A stretch of 64,000 nt of DNA from Candidatus Methylomirabilales bacterium (GTDB lineage: Bacteria; Methylomirabilota; Methylomirabilia; Methylomirabilales; CSP1-5). Made by a program: the position numbers and the translations under genes. The DNA lies in contig JBHIAH010000004.1 of NCBI GenBank assembly GCA_046758505.1, positions 27,407 to 91,406 of the forward strand. Reading direction: 5' to 3'. Below the pieces are notes generated by a model. The model was not told the origin of the DNA. It did no database searches and was given only the letters and a program-made list of their open reading frames with translations. Below are positions 28,665 through 38,341 of the stretch, piece by piece. How positions within the stretch are numbered: the stretch's first letter is position 1; each line of letters starts with the position of its first letter.

Positions 28665-30404
28665 TTACCGCCAGCCCTGGAATAACTTATCGGGAACCGG
28701 TTCCCCGACGTCGATGATGTCCTTGATCGCCGCCCCTGCAGGGATCATGGGGAAGCAGTTTTCCTCGCGTTCCACGACTATATCAACCACGACTGGACCC
28801 GGCGTGTTGACGGCCTTCTCGATCCCCGCCTTGACCTCTTCCGGCCGTTCGATCCGGACTCCGGCAACCCCGTACGCCTCTGCGAGTTTCACAAAATCGG
28901 GCTGGTGGCCGATGTCTACCTGGGAGTACCGATGGCCGTAAAAAAGTTGCTGCCACTGACGCACCATGCCCAGGAACTTATTGTTGATGATGAAGGTCTT
29001 GACCGGCAGCCCGTAGTGCACGAGCGTCACAAGATCCTGCATCGTCATCTGAAAGCTGCCGTCGCCGTCGATGTTCACCACCAAACTGTTGGGGAAAGCC
29101 GCCTGGGCCCCCATCGCAGCCGGAAAACCGTATCCCATCGTTCCAAGGCCGCCCGACGTGAGGAAGCGGCGAGGCTTGCGGCCCCGGTACACCTGGGCCG
29201 CCCACATCTGATGCTGACCCACTCCGGTGGCGATGATCGGATCGTACTCCTCCGTGAGGCGAAGGATCATATCGATGGCGTACTGGGGCTTGATCACGCC
29301 CTCCCCCTGCTCGTACCGGAGAGGGTGCTCTTTCTTCCACACCTCGATCTCCGCGTACCATTCCTCGAAGTCCTTCGCCCAGTTCCGCTGCACCTTGCGG
29401 AGTTCCTTGTTGAGTTCTCGCAGCACGCACTTCACATCGCCGACGACAGGAACGTCCACCGTGACGTTTTTCCGGATAGACGTCGGGTCAATATCCAGGT
29501 GGATAATCTTGCACTGCTTCCCGAACTCGGAGAGCTTCCCCGTGATCCGGTCATCGAAACGCGACCCGATGGCGATCATCAAATCGCAGTGCACCATGCA
29601 CATGTTGGCCCAGTAGGTCCCGTGCATCCCGAGCATCCCCAGCCAGAGAGGATGGTCAGTGGGAAGAGCCCCGAGCCCCATCAGGGTCAGGGTGGTCGGG
29701 ATCTGGGTGATTCCCACCATCTCGTGAAGTTCTGCGGACGCGTCCGAATGGATAATGCCCCCGCCCCCGTAAATCACCGGGCGCTTGGCCTGCGCGATCA
29801 ACTCGGCCGCTTTCTTGATCTGGCCGGGATGTCCGTAAATCTGGGGATTATAGCCGCGGATGGAGACGTCTTTCGGGTAGCCCCGGAACGTGCCATGCCC
29901 CATCACCGCATCCTTCGGCAGGTCCACCAGGACCGGGCCCGGGCGACCCGAGCGGGCGATATAATACGCCTCTTTGATGATGCGCGGAATGTCTTCGGTT
30001 TTGAGGGCCAAGAAGTTGTGCTTGGTACAGGCCCGCGTCGTCCCCACCACATCGGCCTCTTGGAAGGCATCGCATCCCATGACGGCCGTCGGCACCTGTC
30101 CGGTGAGAACCACAATCGCCATGGAGTCCATGAGCGCATCGGTGATCGCGGTCACACAGTTCGTGGCCCCCGGACCCGAGGTGACCATGACCGTCCCCGC
30201 CTTTCCCGTGGCCTTGTAATATCCTTCGGCGGCATGGGTCGCCGCCTGCTCGTGACGGCATAAAATATGCTGAATGGGGTAATCCATGAGGACGTCATAC
30301 GCGTGGAGGATCGCCCCACCGGGGTGACCAAAGATCGTGGTCACCCCTTCCTCCGCAAGACAGTTCATCAGGATCTCCGATCCTGTCATCCTCGTCATCG
30401 TCAT
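28665..30404 (-). CDS. ilvB: Acetolactate synthase large subunit
   Basis: RHEQ, TSGPGATN, DAFQEAD, GQHQMWAAQ, GDGSFQM, GMVRQWQ. Confidence 0.96.
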   Translation of the reverse strand: MTMTRMTGSEILMNCLAEEGVTTIFGHPGGAILHAYDVLMDYPIQHILCRHEQAATHAAEGYYKATGKAGTVMVTSGPGATNCVTAITDALMDSMAIVVLTGQVPTAVMGCDAFQEADVVGTTRACTKHNFLALKTEDIPRIIKEAYYIARSGRPGPVLVDLPKDAVMGHGTFRGYPKDVSIRGYNPQIYGHPGQIKKAAELIAQAKRPVIYGGGGIIHSDASAELHEMVGITQIPTTLTLMGLGALPTDHPLWLGMLGMHGTYWANMCMVHCDLMIAIGSRFDDRITGKLSEFGKQCKIIHLDIDPTSIRKNVTVDVPVVGDVKCVLRELNKELRKVQRNWAKDFEEWYAEIEVWKKEHPLRYEQGEGVIKPQYAIDMILRLTEEYDPIIATGVGQHQMWAAQVYRGRKPRRFLTSGGLGTMGYGFPAAMGAQAAFPNSLVVNIDGDGSFQMTMQDLVTLVHYGLPVKTFIINNKFLGMVRQWQQLFYGHRYSQVDIGHQPDFVKLAEAYGVAGVRIERPEEVKAGIEKAVNTPGPVVVDIVVEREENCFPMIPAGAAIKDIIDVGEPVPDKLFQGWR

Positions 30405-30449
30405 GCCCTCCTGCGTTGAGCGCGGGGTCCTCAAGACCCAGGCGCCGAG

Positions 30450-30545
30450 CTAACCCGTGCGTAGAACAAAAGGGCGGCGTGGCTCAATCAAGGCGAAGTT
30501 TCCGACATGCGTCCCGAGACCCCCACCTCCTACCCTGACAGTCAT
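30450..30545 (-). CDS. Putative 31-aa leader uORF upstream of ilvB
   Basis: GGAGGAGAGCC-ATG, MTVRVGGGGLGTHVGNFALIEPRRPFVLRTG*, lying between the predicted promoter and ilvB. Confidence 0.45.
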   Translation of the reverse strand: MTVRVGGGGLGTHVGNFALIEPRRPFVLRTG

Positions 30546-30650
30546 GGCTCTCCTCCCTAATTCTCAGCTTGAATTATGTGCCAGATCTTCACACAAACAA
30601 TGAAGAATCGGTGTTGGCACGAATTCAGGGCGATAAGAAATGTGTGGCAG

Positions 30651-30680
30651 AGCATACCCCCTGCTTCCCTCCCCTGTCAA
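30651..30680 (-). promoter_or_regulatory. Sigma70-type promoter for the ilv operon
   Basis: Minus strand TTGACA-18 bp-TATGCT. Confidence 0.55.
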
Positions 30681-30688
30681 CAGAAATC

Positions 30689-32281
30689 TCAGCCTTTGCC
30701 CCTCAACCCACCTTGAATGAGGCTCTTGAGGAGCCGAACCTCCTCACAGCCGAGGGAAGCCGCGGCGGCGAAAAAGACCGCCATCCCCAGCCCCAGCTCC
30801 CCCACGAAGCGGGTAATTTCCAGACCGACCCCGCGACCCTCGAGGGACGGCAGCAGGATTTGAAGAGCGAGGAGCGTCCCCGCCATGCACAGTCCTGCAA
30901 GCGCCGTTTTTTGAAGGGATCGTGCCAGGACCCCTCCCCCCAGCGAGCCGAGGCGTTTTCTGAGAAAGACCACGAGGAGGGAGAAGTTAACCATGGAAGC
31001 GAGGGAGGTTGCGACCGCGAGTCCCGTTGCCTGCAGCGGCCGCATGAGCAGGAGGCTGAACACGATATTGCTCGCGACAGCGATGGCTCCCGCCTTGACG
31101 GGAGTCACCGTGTCCTGAAAAGCATAAAACGCTCGGACAAGAACCCGATTGACCACAAAGAAACAGAGACCGAGGGAGTATCCCAGCAGGACCTGCGCTG
31201 TAGCGGCCGTCGCTGCACCCGTAAACTCGCCTCGTTCAAAGAGGAGACGGATAATGGTGTGCCGGTAGATGGCAAGGCCCAGGAGGGCAGGAACGGTCAG
31301 GAAGAGGCTGAACCGCAGGGCGAAAACGAGTGTCTTCCGGACATCTTCTGGTGATTGCTGCGCGGCGGCGGCGGCCATGGTGGGGAGGACGGCCGTCGCC
31401 ATGGCTACGCCGACCAGCCCGATGGGGACGTGGATGAGGCGGAAGGCGTAGTAGAGGTAAGAGACCGACCCCTGCACGAGGAAGGTGGCCAAAAGCGTCG
31501 TGATGAATATATTCAGCTGGGTGCTGGCGAGCCCGGCGACGCCCGGGGCCATTAATCTTCCGATCCGCGGTAAGGCTGGGTCTCTCCACTCCCCCTTCCG
31601 CGTGAGAATGACGCCGCGGCGCAGGGCAGGCGGAAATTGGAAAAGGAGCTGGAGGCACCCGCCCCCCAACACTCCATATGCTAGGGCATAGACCGGCTTC
31701 TCAAGCCGCGGACCCAGAACGAGGAGACTCACAATGATCGAGATGTTGAGGAGGGCCGGGGAGAAGGCCGGGGCGGCAAAGTGGCCCAGGGCGTTTAAAA
31801 TCCCCATCATGAGCGCGGTGAGCCCGATAAAGAAGAGATAGGGAAACATCATGCGGGTGAGGTCGATGGTGAGGGCGAGTTTTTCAGGATCTACCCGCCA
31901 CCCAAGGGCCATAAGGTTGACGAGGATCGGAGCACTCACGATCCCCACGGCGCATATCACCACGAGAATCAGACTCAGCATCCAAAAGGCCGCCGCAGCC
32001 ATCCGAAAGGCAGACGGCCGTCCCCGCTTGGTCAGGGTCTCGGTGAAAACAGGAATAAAGGCGGCGGAGAGGGCCCCCTCCCCAAGGAGCTCTCGGGCCA
32101 TGTTCGGGATGCGAAAGGCCACAAAGAACGCATCCGCAGCCAATCCCGCCCCGAAGCCATGGGCGATGAGCATATCCCGGATATATCCCAGGACCCGGCT
32201 TACGAATGTCGCCCCGCTGACCACCGAGGCGGCCACTGTCAGGCGGTGCATCGAGGTTTTGGGGTCAATAGTGCTTGACAT
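30689..32281 (-). CDS. murJ: Lipid II flippase MurJ
   Basis: SRVLGYIRD, ADAFFVAFRIPN, GEGALSAAFIP, many TM helices. Confidence 0.95.
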   Translation of the reverse strand: MSSTIDPKTSMHRLTVAASVVSGATFVSRVLGYIRDMLIAHGFGAGLAADAFFVAFRIPNMARELLGEGALSAAFIPVFTETLTKRGRPSAFRMAAAAFWMLSLILVVICAVGIVSAPILVNLMALGWRVDPEKLALTIDLTRMMFPYLFFIGLTALMMGILNALGHFAAPAFSPALLNISIIVSLLVLGPRLEKPVYALAYGVLGGGCLQLLFQFPPALRRGVILTRKGEWRDPALPRIGRLMAPGVAGLASTQLNIFITTLLATFLVQGSVSYLYYAFRLIHVPIGLVGVAMATAVLPTMAAAAAQQSPEDVRKTLVFALRFSLFLTVPALLGLAIYRHTIIRLLFERGEFTGAATAATAQVLLGYSLGLCFFVVNRVLVRAFYAFQDTVTPVKAGAIAVASNIVFSLLLMRPLQATGLAVATSLASMVNFSLLVVFLRKRLGSLGGGVLARSLQKTALAGLCMAGTLLALQILLPSLEGRGVGLEITRFVGELGLGMAVFFAAAASLGCEEVRLLKSLIQGGLRGKG

Positions 32282-32303
32282 GGAGGCGAGATTCCCCTAT
32301 AAA
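32275..32303 (+). promoter_or_regulatory. Sigma70-type promoter for rpsT
   Basis: TTGACA-17 bp-TATAAA. Confidence 0.55.
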
Positions 32304-32339
32304 AAGACTCTCGACCCGGTCCGCGTAGAGGAGATAATA

Positions 32340-32612
32340 ATGCCCAACACCAAATCAGCCGCAAAGCGCCTGCGCCAGGTGAACGCGCGAACCCTCCGCA
32401 ACCGGGCGGCCAAAAGCCGCCTCCGCACCAGCATGAAAAGGGTCCACCAGGCCGTAAAGACGGGGAACCGCGAGGCGGCCGCGGCGGCGTTTCGCGCGGC
32501 CGTCGCGACGATCGACAAAACCGCCTCCAAGGGAATTATTCATTCCCGGACGGCGGCCCGGTACAAGTCCCGACTCGCCCATCGCTTGCCATCTCCCGGT
32601 ACCGCTCTATAA
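32340..32612 (+). CDS. rpsT: 30S ribosomal protein S20
   Basis: MPNTKSAAKR...IDKTASKGIIH..TAARYKSRL; GAGGAG RBS. Confidence 0.95.
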   Translation: MPNTKSAAKRLRQVNARTLRNRAAKSRLRTSMKRVHQAVKTGNREAAAAAFRAAVATIDKTASKGIIHSRTAARYKSRLAHRLPSPGTAL

Positions 32613-32620
32613 CCTCGCCC

Positions 32621-33622
32621 TCACGAACAGAGATCGATAATCGCCAACTCGAGATGCAGGGGTCGGCCCCTTCCCCAGGATTTCAGCTTCCGATCCAGGT
32701 CAAGCAGGCGTACCAGCCCCTGCTCCAGCCGAGGTAGGGACGACGCCTTGGCCCCCTCGAGAATCTCTGGAAGAAATGGGCGGGGGATCCCCAGGAGCTG
32801 GCCAATCTCGGCGACAGGGCGAGACTGCGCAAGCAGTTCCTGGGCTCGCAAGAGCAGGCGCAGCTGACGCGCCAGCATCCCGAGGATCGCCAAAGGTTCC
32901 TCTCCCTGTTCCAGGAGCCGCCGGAGGCAAAACAACGCGCCCTCCAGGTCCCGGCGGCTCACCGCTCGGGTGAGATCAAAGATCCCTTGGACCCTGCCTT
33001 GGCCAACCAGCGCCTCGACCGCCCCGACGTCGATCTGCTGCCGTTCCCCCACAAAGCAACACAGCTTGTCTACCTCCTGGCACAGACGGAGAAGGTCCGG
33101 CCCTTGAAGGGTGAGCAGGAGTTGCTCCGCTTCGAGGCTCAGGGACTTTCCGTGCTGTCTCACCCGTTCCCGCATCCACTGCTGGCACCGCCGTTGGCGT
33201 TCCTTCTCGTGCCGTGGGGGGGTAAACCGGAGAACTTTTCCCACCTGATCTATGCGTCGGAGTCCGGGATTCCGCTGGTCCAGCTTGTCCGCGACACAGA
33301 TCAGGCACGTGGTGGCGGATGGGGATTCGAGGTAGGCGAGAATCGCGTCCCACACCTCCCTGCGGAGGTGATCGGCCCCTTTCAGTACCACGACCCGCCG
33401 CGGGGAGAACGCGGGGACCGTGCGGCAGCGCGTGGCGAGATCCGCTCCGGCGACATCACTCCCCGAGAGAGTATCCACGTTGAGGGTCTCCGTCCCGGGC
33501 GGCAGGAGCGCCTGGAGGAGGCGGGAGAGGAACTCATCACGGAGGAGAACCTCCTCACCCAGGAGGAGATATACCGGGGCGACGTGGCCCCGAGTTACGG
33601 CTTGGAGGAGTGGCGCAAACAG
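32621..33622 (-). CDS. holA: DNA polymerase III delta subunit (probable CTG start)
   Basis: HolA-like PVYLLLGEE motif lies upstream of the first GTG; EVDKL, IFDL; lptE-holA synteny. Confidence 0.85.
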   Translation of the reverse strand: MFAPLLQAVTRGHVAPVYLLLGEEVLLRDEFLSRLLQALLPPGTETLNVDTLSGSDVAGADLATRCRTVPAFSPRRVVVLKGADHLRREVWDAILAYLESPSATTCLICVADKLDQRNPGLRRIDQVGKVLRFTPPRHEKERQRRCQQWMRERVRQHGKSLSLEAEQLLLTLQGPDLLRLCQEVDKLCCFVGERQQIDVGAVEALVGQGRVQGIFDLTRAVSRRDLEGALFCLRRLLEQGEEPLAILGMLARQLRLLLRAQELLAQSRPVAEIGQLLGIPRPFLPEILEGAKASSLPRLEQGLVRLLDLDRKLKSWGRGRPLHLELAIIDLCS

Positions 33623-33631
33623 TGTCGTCCC

Positions 33632-34138
33632 TCAGAAGGGTTCCACCACGCGTGTTACGACCTGATCGGCGAGGTTGCGAAGGGCCCGACGGACGGCTTC
33701 ATCTTCTGCGACCTGCGTTCCCGTAACCCCCGGCGGGGCCGAATAGTAGGCCTCGCCCCGGACCTGCTCATTGGCCAACTCGACCTTGCCACTCCGCTGG
33801 ACCACCTGCAGGTCGAGGACGACCACCATCCTGAACCGCCGGGCGATGTCTGTAGAATCGAATGATACCGGATTTCGCTCGAGGGCGGTGATCGTGGCCT
33901 TCATCGCGGCGTCCGCCTCACCTTCCTCTTTCACGACCCGCCCCCCGGCGCTCAGGATTCGCTGTGTCAGGGCCTGGGTAAGGTCGGTCTCCAGTCCTGG
34001 CCGAAAAGCTCCGGGATTGCTGACCGTGAGATGGATTCGTTTCAGATGCCCCGGAAGGCTCACCTGCCCGTGATAGCCACATGCGCCCCCAAGCGCCGGG
34101 ATCAGGCCAAGGCCAATCAGGACCAGGCCTTTTTTCAC
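33632..34138 (-). CDS. lptE: LptE family lipoprotein
   Basis: Lipobox GGA-CGY; position between leuS and holA. Confidence 0.78.
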   Translation of the reverse strand: MKKGLVLIGLGLIPALGGACGYHGQVSLPGHLKRIHLTVSNPGAFRPGLETDLTQALTQRILSAGGRVVKEEGEADAAMKATITALERNPVSFDSTDIARRFRMVVVLDLQVVQRSGKVELANEQVRGEAYYSAPPGVTGTQVAEDEAVRRALRNLADQVVTRVVEPF

Positions 34139-34153
34139 GAGTCCCCCCTTCGG

Positions 34154-34268
34154 GCTGTCCGCTGTCCGCCCTCGAGCTCAAAGAGTTCAAGGTGCGAAGT
34201 GCAATGTTTACACTGTGAACATCGCACGGTGAATCCTCGCAAGCCTGAACGCTGACTGCTGACCGCGA
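34154..34268. repeat. Inverted heptamer-repeat element (nested)
   Basis: Outer arms GCTGTCC x2 and GCTGACT-GCTGACC; inner arms AGTTCAA-GGTGCGA-AGTGCAA-TGTTTAC and GTGAACA-TCGCACG-GTGAATC…CTGAAC. Confidence 0.65.
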
Positions 34269-36848
34269 CTACCCGTCCGTTACAATATTCACCAGCTTCT
34301 TGGGAACCACGATGACCCGTTTCACCTGTCTCCCGTGAAGCCACGTTTGAACACGGCCGTCCTCGAGCGCCGCCGTCCGAAGCTCGCCCTCCCCAGCATC
34401 GGCAGGAAGGGAGATCCGGCTCCGCAGTTTGCCGTTCACCTGGACCACCACGAGAAGTTCTTCTCGCTGAACGACCTCTGCATCATAGGTTGGCCACGGC
34501 TCGTGGCAGACGCTCCCTGGATGTCCGAGGCGCTCCCACAGCTCCTCCGCCAGGTGGGGGGCGAAGGGGGCGAGAAGCACGAGGAGGGTCTCGACGGCAA
34601 AGCGTGCCACGGCGCGCCGCTCCACGAGTCCCGACGGTTCATCATGCAGCTCAAATTGCCCCAGGGTGTTGACCAGCTCCATGAGGGCGGCGATGGCCGT
34701 GTTGAAATGAAAATCCCGGTCCAGGTCCTCGGTCACCTTCTTGATGGTCAGGTGCGCCTTTTGGTACACCGCTCGACCCACCGTCAGGGCGCCATAGGAA
34801 ATGGGCATTCCCGGAAGGCGGAGCTCCTCCGCCCAGCCGTCCACCAGTCGGTAGACCCGGTTCAGGAACCGAAACGCCCCCTCCACCCCTTTATCGGACC
34901 ATTCCAGATCCTTCTCCGGAGGTGCCGCAAAGAGGGAAAAGAGACGGGCGGTGTCCGCCCCATACCGATGCAGGAGGTCATCCGGGTCTACCACATTCCG
35001 CCGCGACTTGGACATCTTCTCGGTCCGTCCGATCTCGACCGGCTGATGACACGTCGTGCAGCGGCCGTCGGCATCCACCTCTTGCGGAAGCCGATACCCA
35101 TGGGTGGCACATCGGTAGGTCTCCTTGCAGACCATTCCCTGCGTCAGCAAATTCACAAACGGTTCGTCGTGCAGGATCAGGCCGAGGTCCCGAACCACCC
35201 TGGTGAAGAACCGCGCGTACAGCAAGTGGAGGACGGCGTGTTCGATCCCGCCGATATATTGATCCACCGGCATCCAGTACGCCACCTTTGCCTTCTCCAC
35301 GGCCTGGTCCCGCGCCTGTGGATTACAAAACCGTAGGAAGTACCAGGAGGAATCGACAAAGGTATCCATCGTATCGGTTTCCCGTCGGGCCGGCCCCCGA
35401 CAGGTCGGACAGCGAACATCCACAAAACTCTCGACCCGGGCAAGGGGAGATCGCCCCCTCATGGTGATGTCCACTTCTCCCGGAAGGAGGACCGGCAAAT
35501 CGCTGTATGGGACGGGAACCGTGCCGCACTGGTCACAGTAGACGATAGGAATCGGGGTCCCCCAGTATCGCTGCCGGGAAATTCCCCAGTCCCGAAGCCG
35601 GTAGTTCACCGCGCGCCTGCCGATGCCCTCCTTCTCCAGATGGTGGATCACGGCCTCGCGCCCTTCCGGACTCGGCAACCCGGTGAAGGGACCCGAATTC
35701 GCCATCACCCCCTCGTCCTCATACGCTTTTTCCAGCCCCCCCGCGGTGAGGGTTTCGTGCGCCGGCTCGATCACGACCCGGATAGGGAGGTCGTACTTCT
35801 TGGCGAATTCAAAGTCGCGCTGGTCATGGGCGGGGACCGCCATGATGGCCCCCGTGCCGTACTCGAGCAAGACGAAATTGGCCAGCCAGATGGGGATCTT
35901 CTCTTGGGTCAAGGGGTTGATGGCATACGCGCCAGTGAAGACCCCTTCCTTCTCTGTGTCGGCCGCGGTCCGGACTACCCGATCTTCCGCCTTCATCCGC
36001 TGGATGAAGGTTTGGACCTCCGGCTTGCCCCGCGCGAGCTGCTGCGCCAGGGAGTGCTCCGGCGCGAGGACCATAAAGGTGGCCCCGTAGAGGGTGTCCT
36101 GCCGGGTGGTAAAAATGGTGAGAGCGCTCCCCTCCGCCACGAGGGGGAAACTCACCTCTGCGCCGACGCTCTTCCCGATCCAGTTCCGCTGCATCGTCTT
36201 GACCCGCTCGGGCCAGCCGGGGAGGCGATCCAGCCCCTGGAGCAGTTCCTCGGCGTATGCGGTGATTTTGAAGAACCACTGGTCGAGCTCTTTCTGGACA
36301 ACCTCCGACTCGTCCCGCCAGCACCGCCCCCCCTCCACCTGTTCGTTGGCGAGGACGGTCTGGCAGACCTCACACCAGTTGACACAGGCGGGCTTCTTTT
36401 CGGCAATCCCCTTTTCGTACATCTTGAGGAAGAGCCACTGGTTCCAGCGGTAGTACTCCGGATCACTGCAGGTGATCTCCCGATCCCAGTCGTAGGATAA
36501 CCCCATCTGCTTCAGTTGCTTGCGCATGTACGCGATGTTGTCATAGGTCCAGGTGGCAGGATGGACACCGTGTTCAATGGCCGCATTCTCTGCGGGCAGG
36601 CCGAAGGCGTCCCATCCCATCGGGTGCAGGACGTTGTGGCCCCGCATCCGCAGGTAGCGGGCAACGACGTCTCCGATGGAGTAATTCCGGACGTGGCCCA
36701 TGTGGATCTTCCCGGAGGGATACGGGTACATCTCAAGGCAGTAGTACTTCGGCTTGGTGCGGTCCTCCGTCACCCGGAAGACCCGTCCCTCCTCCCAGAT
36801 CCGCTGCCACTTGGCCTCGAAGCCTTTGAAATCATATGCTCTGGCCAT
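34269..36848 (-). CDS. leuS: Leucine--tRNA ligase
   Basis: [33 protein letters not shown]. Confidence 0.97.
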   Translation of the reverse strand: MARAYDFKGFEAKWQRIWEEGRVFRVTEDRTKPKYYCLEMYPYPSGKIHMGHVRNYSIGDVVARYLRMRGHNVLHPMGWDAFGLPAENAAIEHGVHPATWTYDNIAYMRKQLKQMGLSYDWDREITCSDPEYYRWNQWLFLKMYEKGIAEKKPACVNWCEVCQTVLANEQVEGGRCWRDESEVVQKELDQWFFKITAYAEELLQGLDRLPGWPERVKTMQRNWIGKSVGAEVSFPLVAEGSALTIFTTRQDTLYGATFMVLAPEHSLAQQLARGKPEVQTFIQRMKAEDRVVRTAADTEKEGVFTGAYAINPLTQEKIPIWLANFVLLEYGTGAIMAVPAHDQRDFEFAKKYDLPIRVVIEPAHETLTAGGLEKAYEDEGVMANSGPFTGLPSPEGREAVIHHLEKEGIGRRAVNYRLRDWGISRQRYWGTPIPIVYCDQCGTVPVPYSDLPVLLPGEVDITMRGRSPLARVESFVDVRCPTCRGPARRETDTMDTFVDSSWYFLRFCNPQARDQAVEKAKVAYWMPVDQYIGGIEHAVLHLLYARFFTRVVRDLGLILHDEPFVNLLTQGMVCKETYRCATHGYRLPQEVDADGRCTTCHQPVEIGRTEKMSKSRRNVVDPDDLLHRYGADTARLFSLFAAPPEKDLEWSDKGVEGAFRFLNRVYRLVDGWAEELRLPGMPISYGALTVGRAVYQKAHLTIKKVTEDLDRDFHFNTAIAALMELVNTLGQFELHDEPSGLVERRAVARFAVETLLVLLAPFAPHLAEELWERLGHPGSVCHEPWPTYDAEVVQREELLVVVQVNGKLRSRISLPADAGEGELRTAALEDGRVQTWLHGRQVKRVIVVPKKLVNIVTDG

Positions 36849-37044
36849 ACCGGTCCTCACCCGACCCGCGAGAAATTCCGCTTATAGATAGCACAAGCCT
36901 CAGACCGTTGCAACTCCTCCCCCCCCCTCCCCCCGGCCACGATCCCGTCCCGGACGAGCAGGCCTGTGATCCCACCTGCGCATTGCCCGGCGGGACGACG
37001 CAGCCTCCGTTGTCCTTCGGGATCCTGACGTCTGGGGGGGGATG

Positions 37045-38043
37045 CTACGGAATCTCCAGGACCGCCGCCGCGTGCAGCTGGGCCGCCTTGAGGCGTTGGA
37101 GGGCGCGATTGGCCTCTTGAAGCGGAAACGTCTCCACTTCCGTTCGAATCGGAACCTCGGCTGCGATCCGCAACAGGTCTTCGGCGTCCTGGCGGGTAAA
37201 GTTCGTCACGCTGCGAATGGTTCGTTCGTGGTACAGCTCCTGATAATCGAGCGGGGGAATCGGAGTTAAGTGAATTGCGTTGATGGCGAGGGTACCTCCC
37301 ATGCACAGGGCACGTAAGGCTTCGGGCACCAGCGTCCCGACGGGCGCGAAGAGAATGGCACTATCCAGGGGGTGGGGTGGGGCCTCGTCGGCCCTCCCCG
37401 CCCAGGTAGCTCCCAGGTCACGGGCCAGCCGCTGGTGGGCTTCCCCCCGTGTGAAGACCAGCACCTCACAGCCCCAGTGGCGGGCGATCTGAATGACAAT
37501 GTGGGCAGACCCCCCGAATCCGTACAGGCCGAGGCGCCCGCCTGGCCTAATTTCGCTCAATCGGAGGGAACGGTAGCCAATGATCCCGGCGCAGAGGAGC
37601 GGGGCCGCCTCTGCCGCGGTAAAAGTATCGGGAATCGCGTAGGCGAATGCCTCATCGACGACGGTAAATTGGGCGTACCCCCCGTCAGCCTGGTACCCGG
37701 TAAAGCGGGCGCAGTCACAGAGATTCTCACGGCCCGCCTCGCAGTATCGGCAGCGCCCGCAGGTCCAGTGCAGCCACCCGACCCCGAGTCGATCGCCTCG
37801 ATGATAACGGCGGACATCGGGGCCGATCGCCTCCACACTCCCCACGATCTGGTGACCCGGAATGACCGGTGTCTTGCGCGCGGGGAGGTCCCCCTCCACG
37901 ATGTGGAGGTCTGTCCGGCAGACGCCGCAGTGACTCACCCGGAGGCGAACCTGCCCGGCTCCGGGGGTGGGCACCGGGACCTCCGCCTCCCTGAGCGGCG
38001 CCACCCTCACCCGCGCCGGATGGTCGAGAAGCATTGCCTTCAT
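37045..38043 (-). CDS. Zinc-dependent alcohol dehydrogenase family protein
   Basis: CGVCRTDLH, GHQIVG, CGRCRYC...ENLC, APLLCAG, GLYGFG. Confidence 0.93.
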   Translation of the reverse strand: MKAMLLDHPARVRVAPLREAEVPVPTPGAGQVRLRVSHCGVCRTDLHIVEGDLPARKTPVIPGHQIVGSVEAIGPDVRRYHRGDRLGVGWLHWTCGRCRYCEAGRENLCDCARFTGYQADGGYAQFTVVDEAFAYAIPDTFTAAEAAPLLCAGIIGYRSLRLSEIRPGGRLGLYGFGGSAHIVIQIARHWGCEVLVFTRGEAHQRLARDLGATWAGRADEAPPHPLDSAILFAPVGTLVPEALRALCMGGTLAINAIHLTPIPPLDYQELYHERTIRSVTNFTRQDAEDLLRIAAEVPIRTEVETFPLQEANRALQRLKAAQLHAAAVLEIP

Positions 38044-38056
38044 CCCAAGACCGCTC

Positions 38057-38326
38057 TCAGAGGGGAATTCGATTCTGCCGGCAGTAGTTGGTAAGCAGAA
38101 GGATAGCCCGATTCAAGCGCTGGATGCGGAGGTTTTTCTTTCGAATCGCTTCGGCATCGCCCGGCGGCGTCACGTCGCCCCGGCTATCGCGGAGAGTCTG
38201 TTGGAGGCTAGTGTTGACGATTTTCAAATCGGCATGCGTGTACTTCTTGAGAGTCGCAGGGCTGAGCGTTCGAAAGCCATCCGCCACTTCTCGAGCCATG
38301 ACTAATGGATTCCCAGCAATGGCCAT
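38057..38326 (-). CDS. Small basic hypothetical protein
   Basis: RBS GGAGAGG, co-oriented with tight spacing between truA and the ADH gene. Confidence 0.7.
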   Translation of the reverse strand: MAIAGNPLVMAREVADGFRTLSPATLKKYTHADLKIVNTSLQQTLRDSRGDVTPPGDAEAIRKKNLRIQRLNRAILLLTNYCRQNRIPL

Positions 38327-38341
38327 GCGTCCCTCTCCTGC

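Noticed and set aside
30571-30630. Sigma54 promoters at the two TGGCAC motifs
   Set aside because: No TTGC at the -12 spacing on either strand; better explained as hairpin arms.
31851-32339. N-terminal extension of rpsT in the ORF track
   Set aside because: It overlaps murJ antisense; the RBS and S20 homology begin at 32340.
33632-33634. Selenocysteine or readthrough fusion of lptE and holA
   Set aside because: The frames are continuous, but fusing an exported lipoprotein to a cytoplasmic clamp-loader subunit is implausible, and no SECIS-like hairpin was evident.
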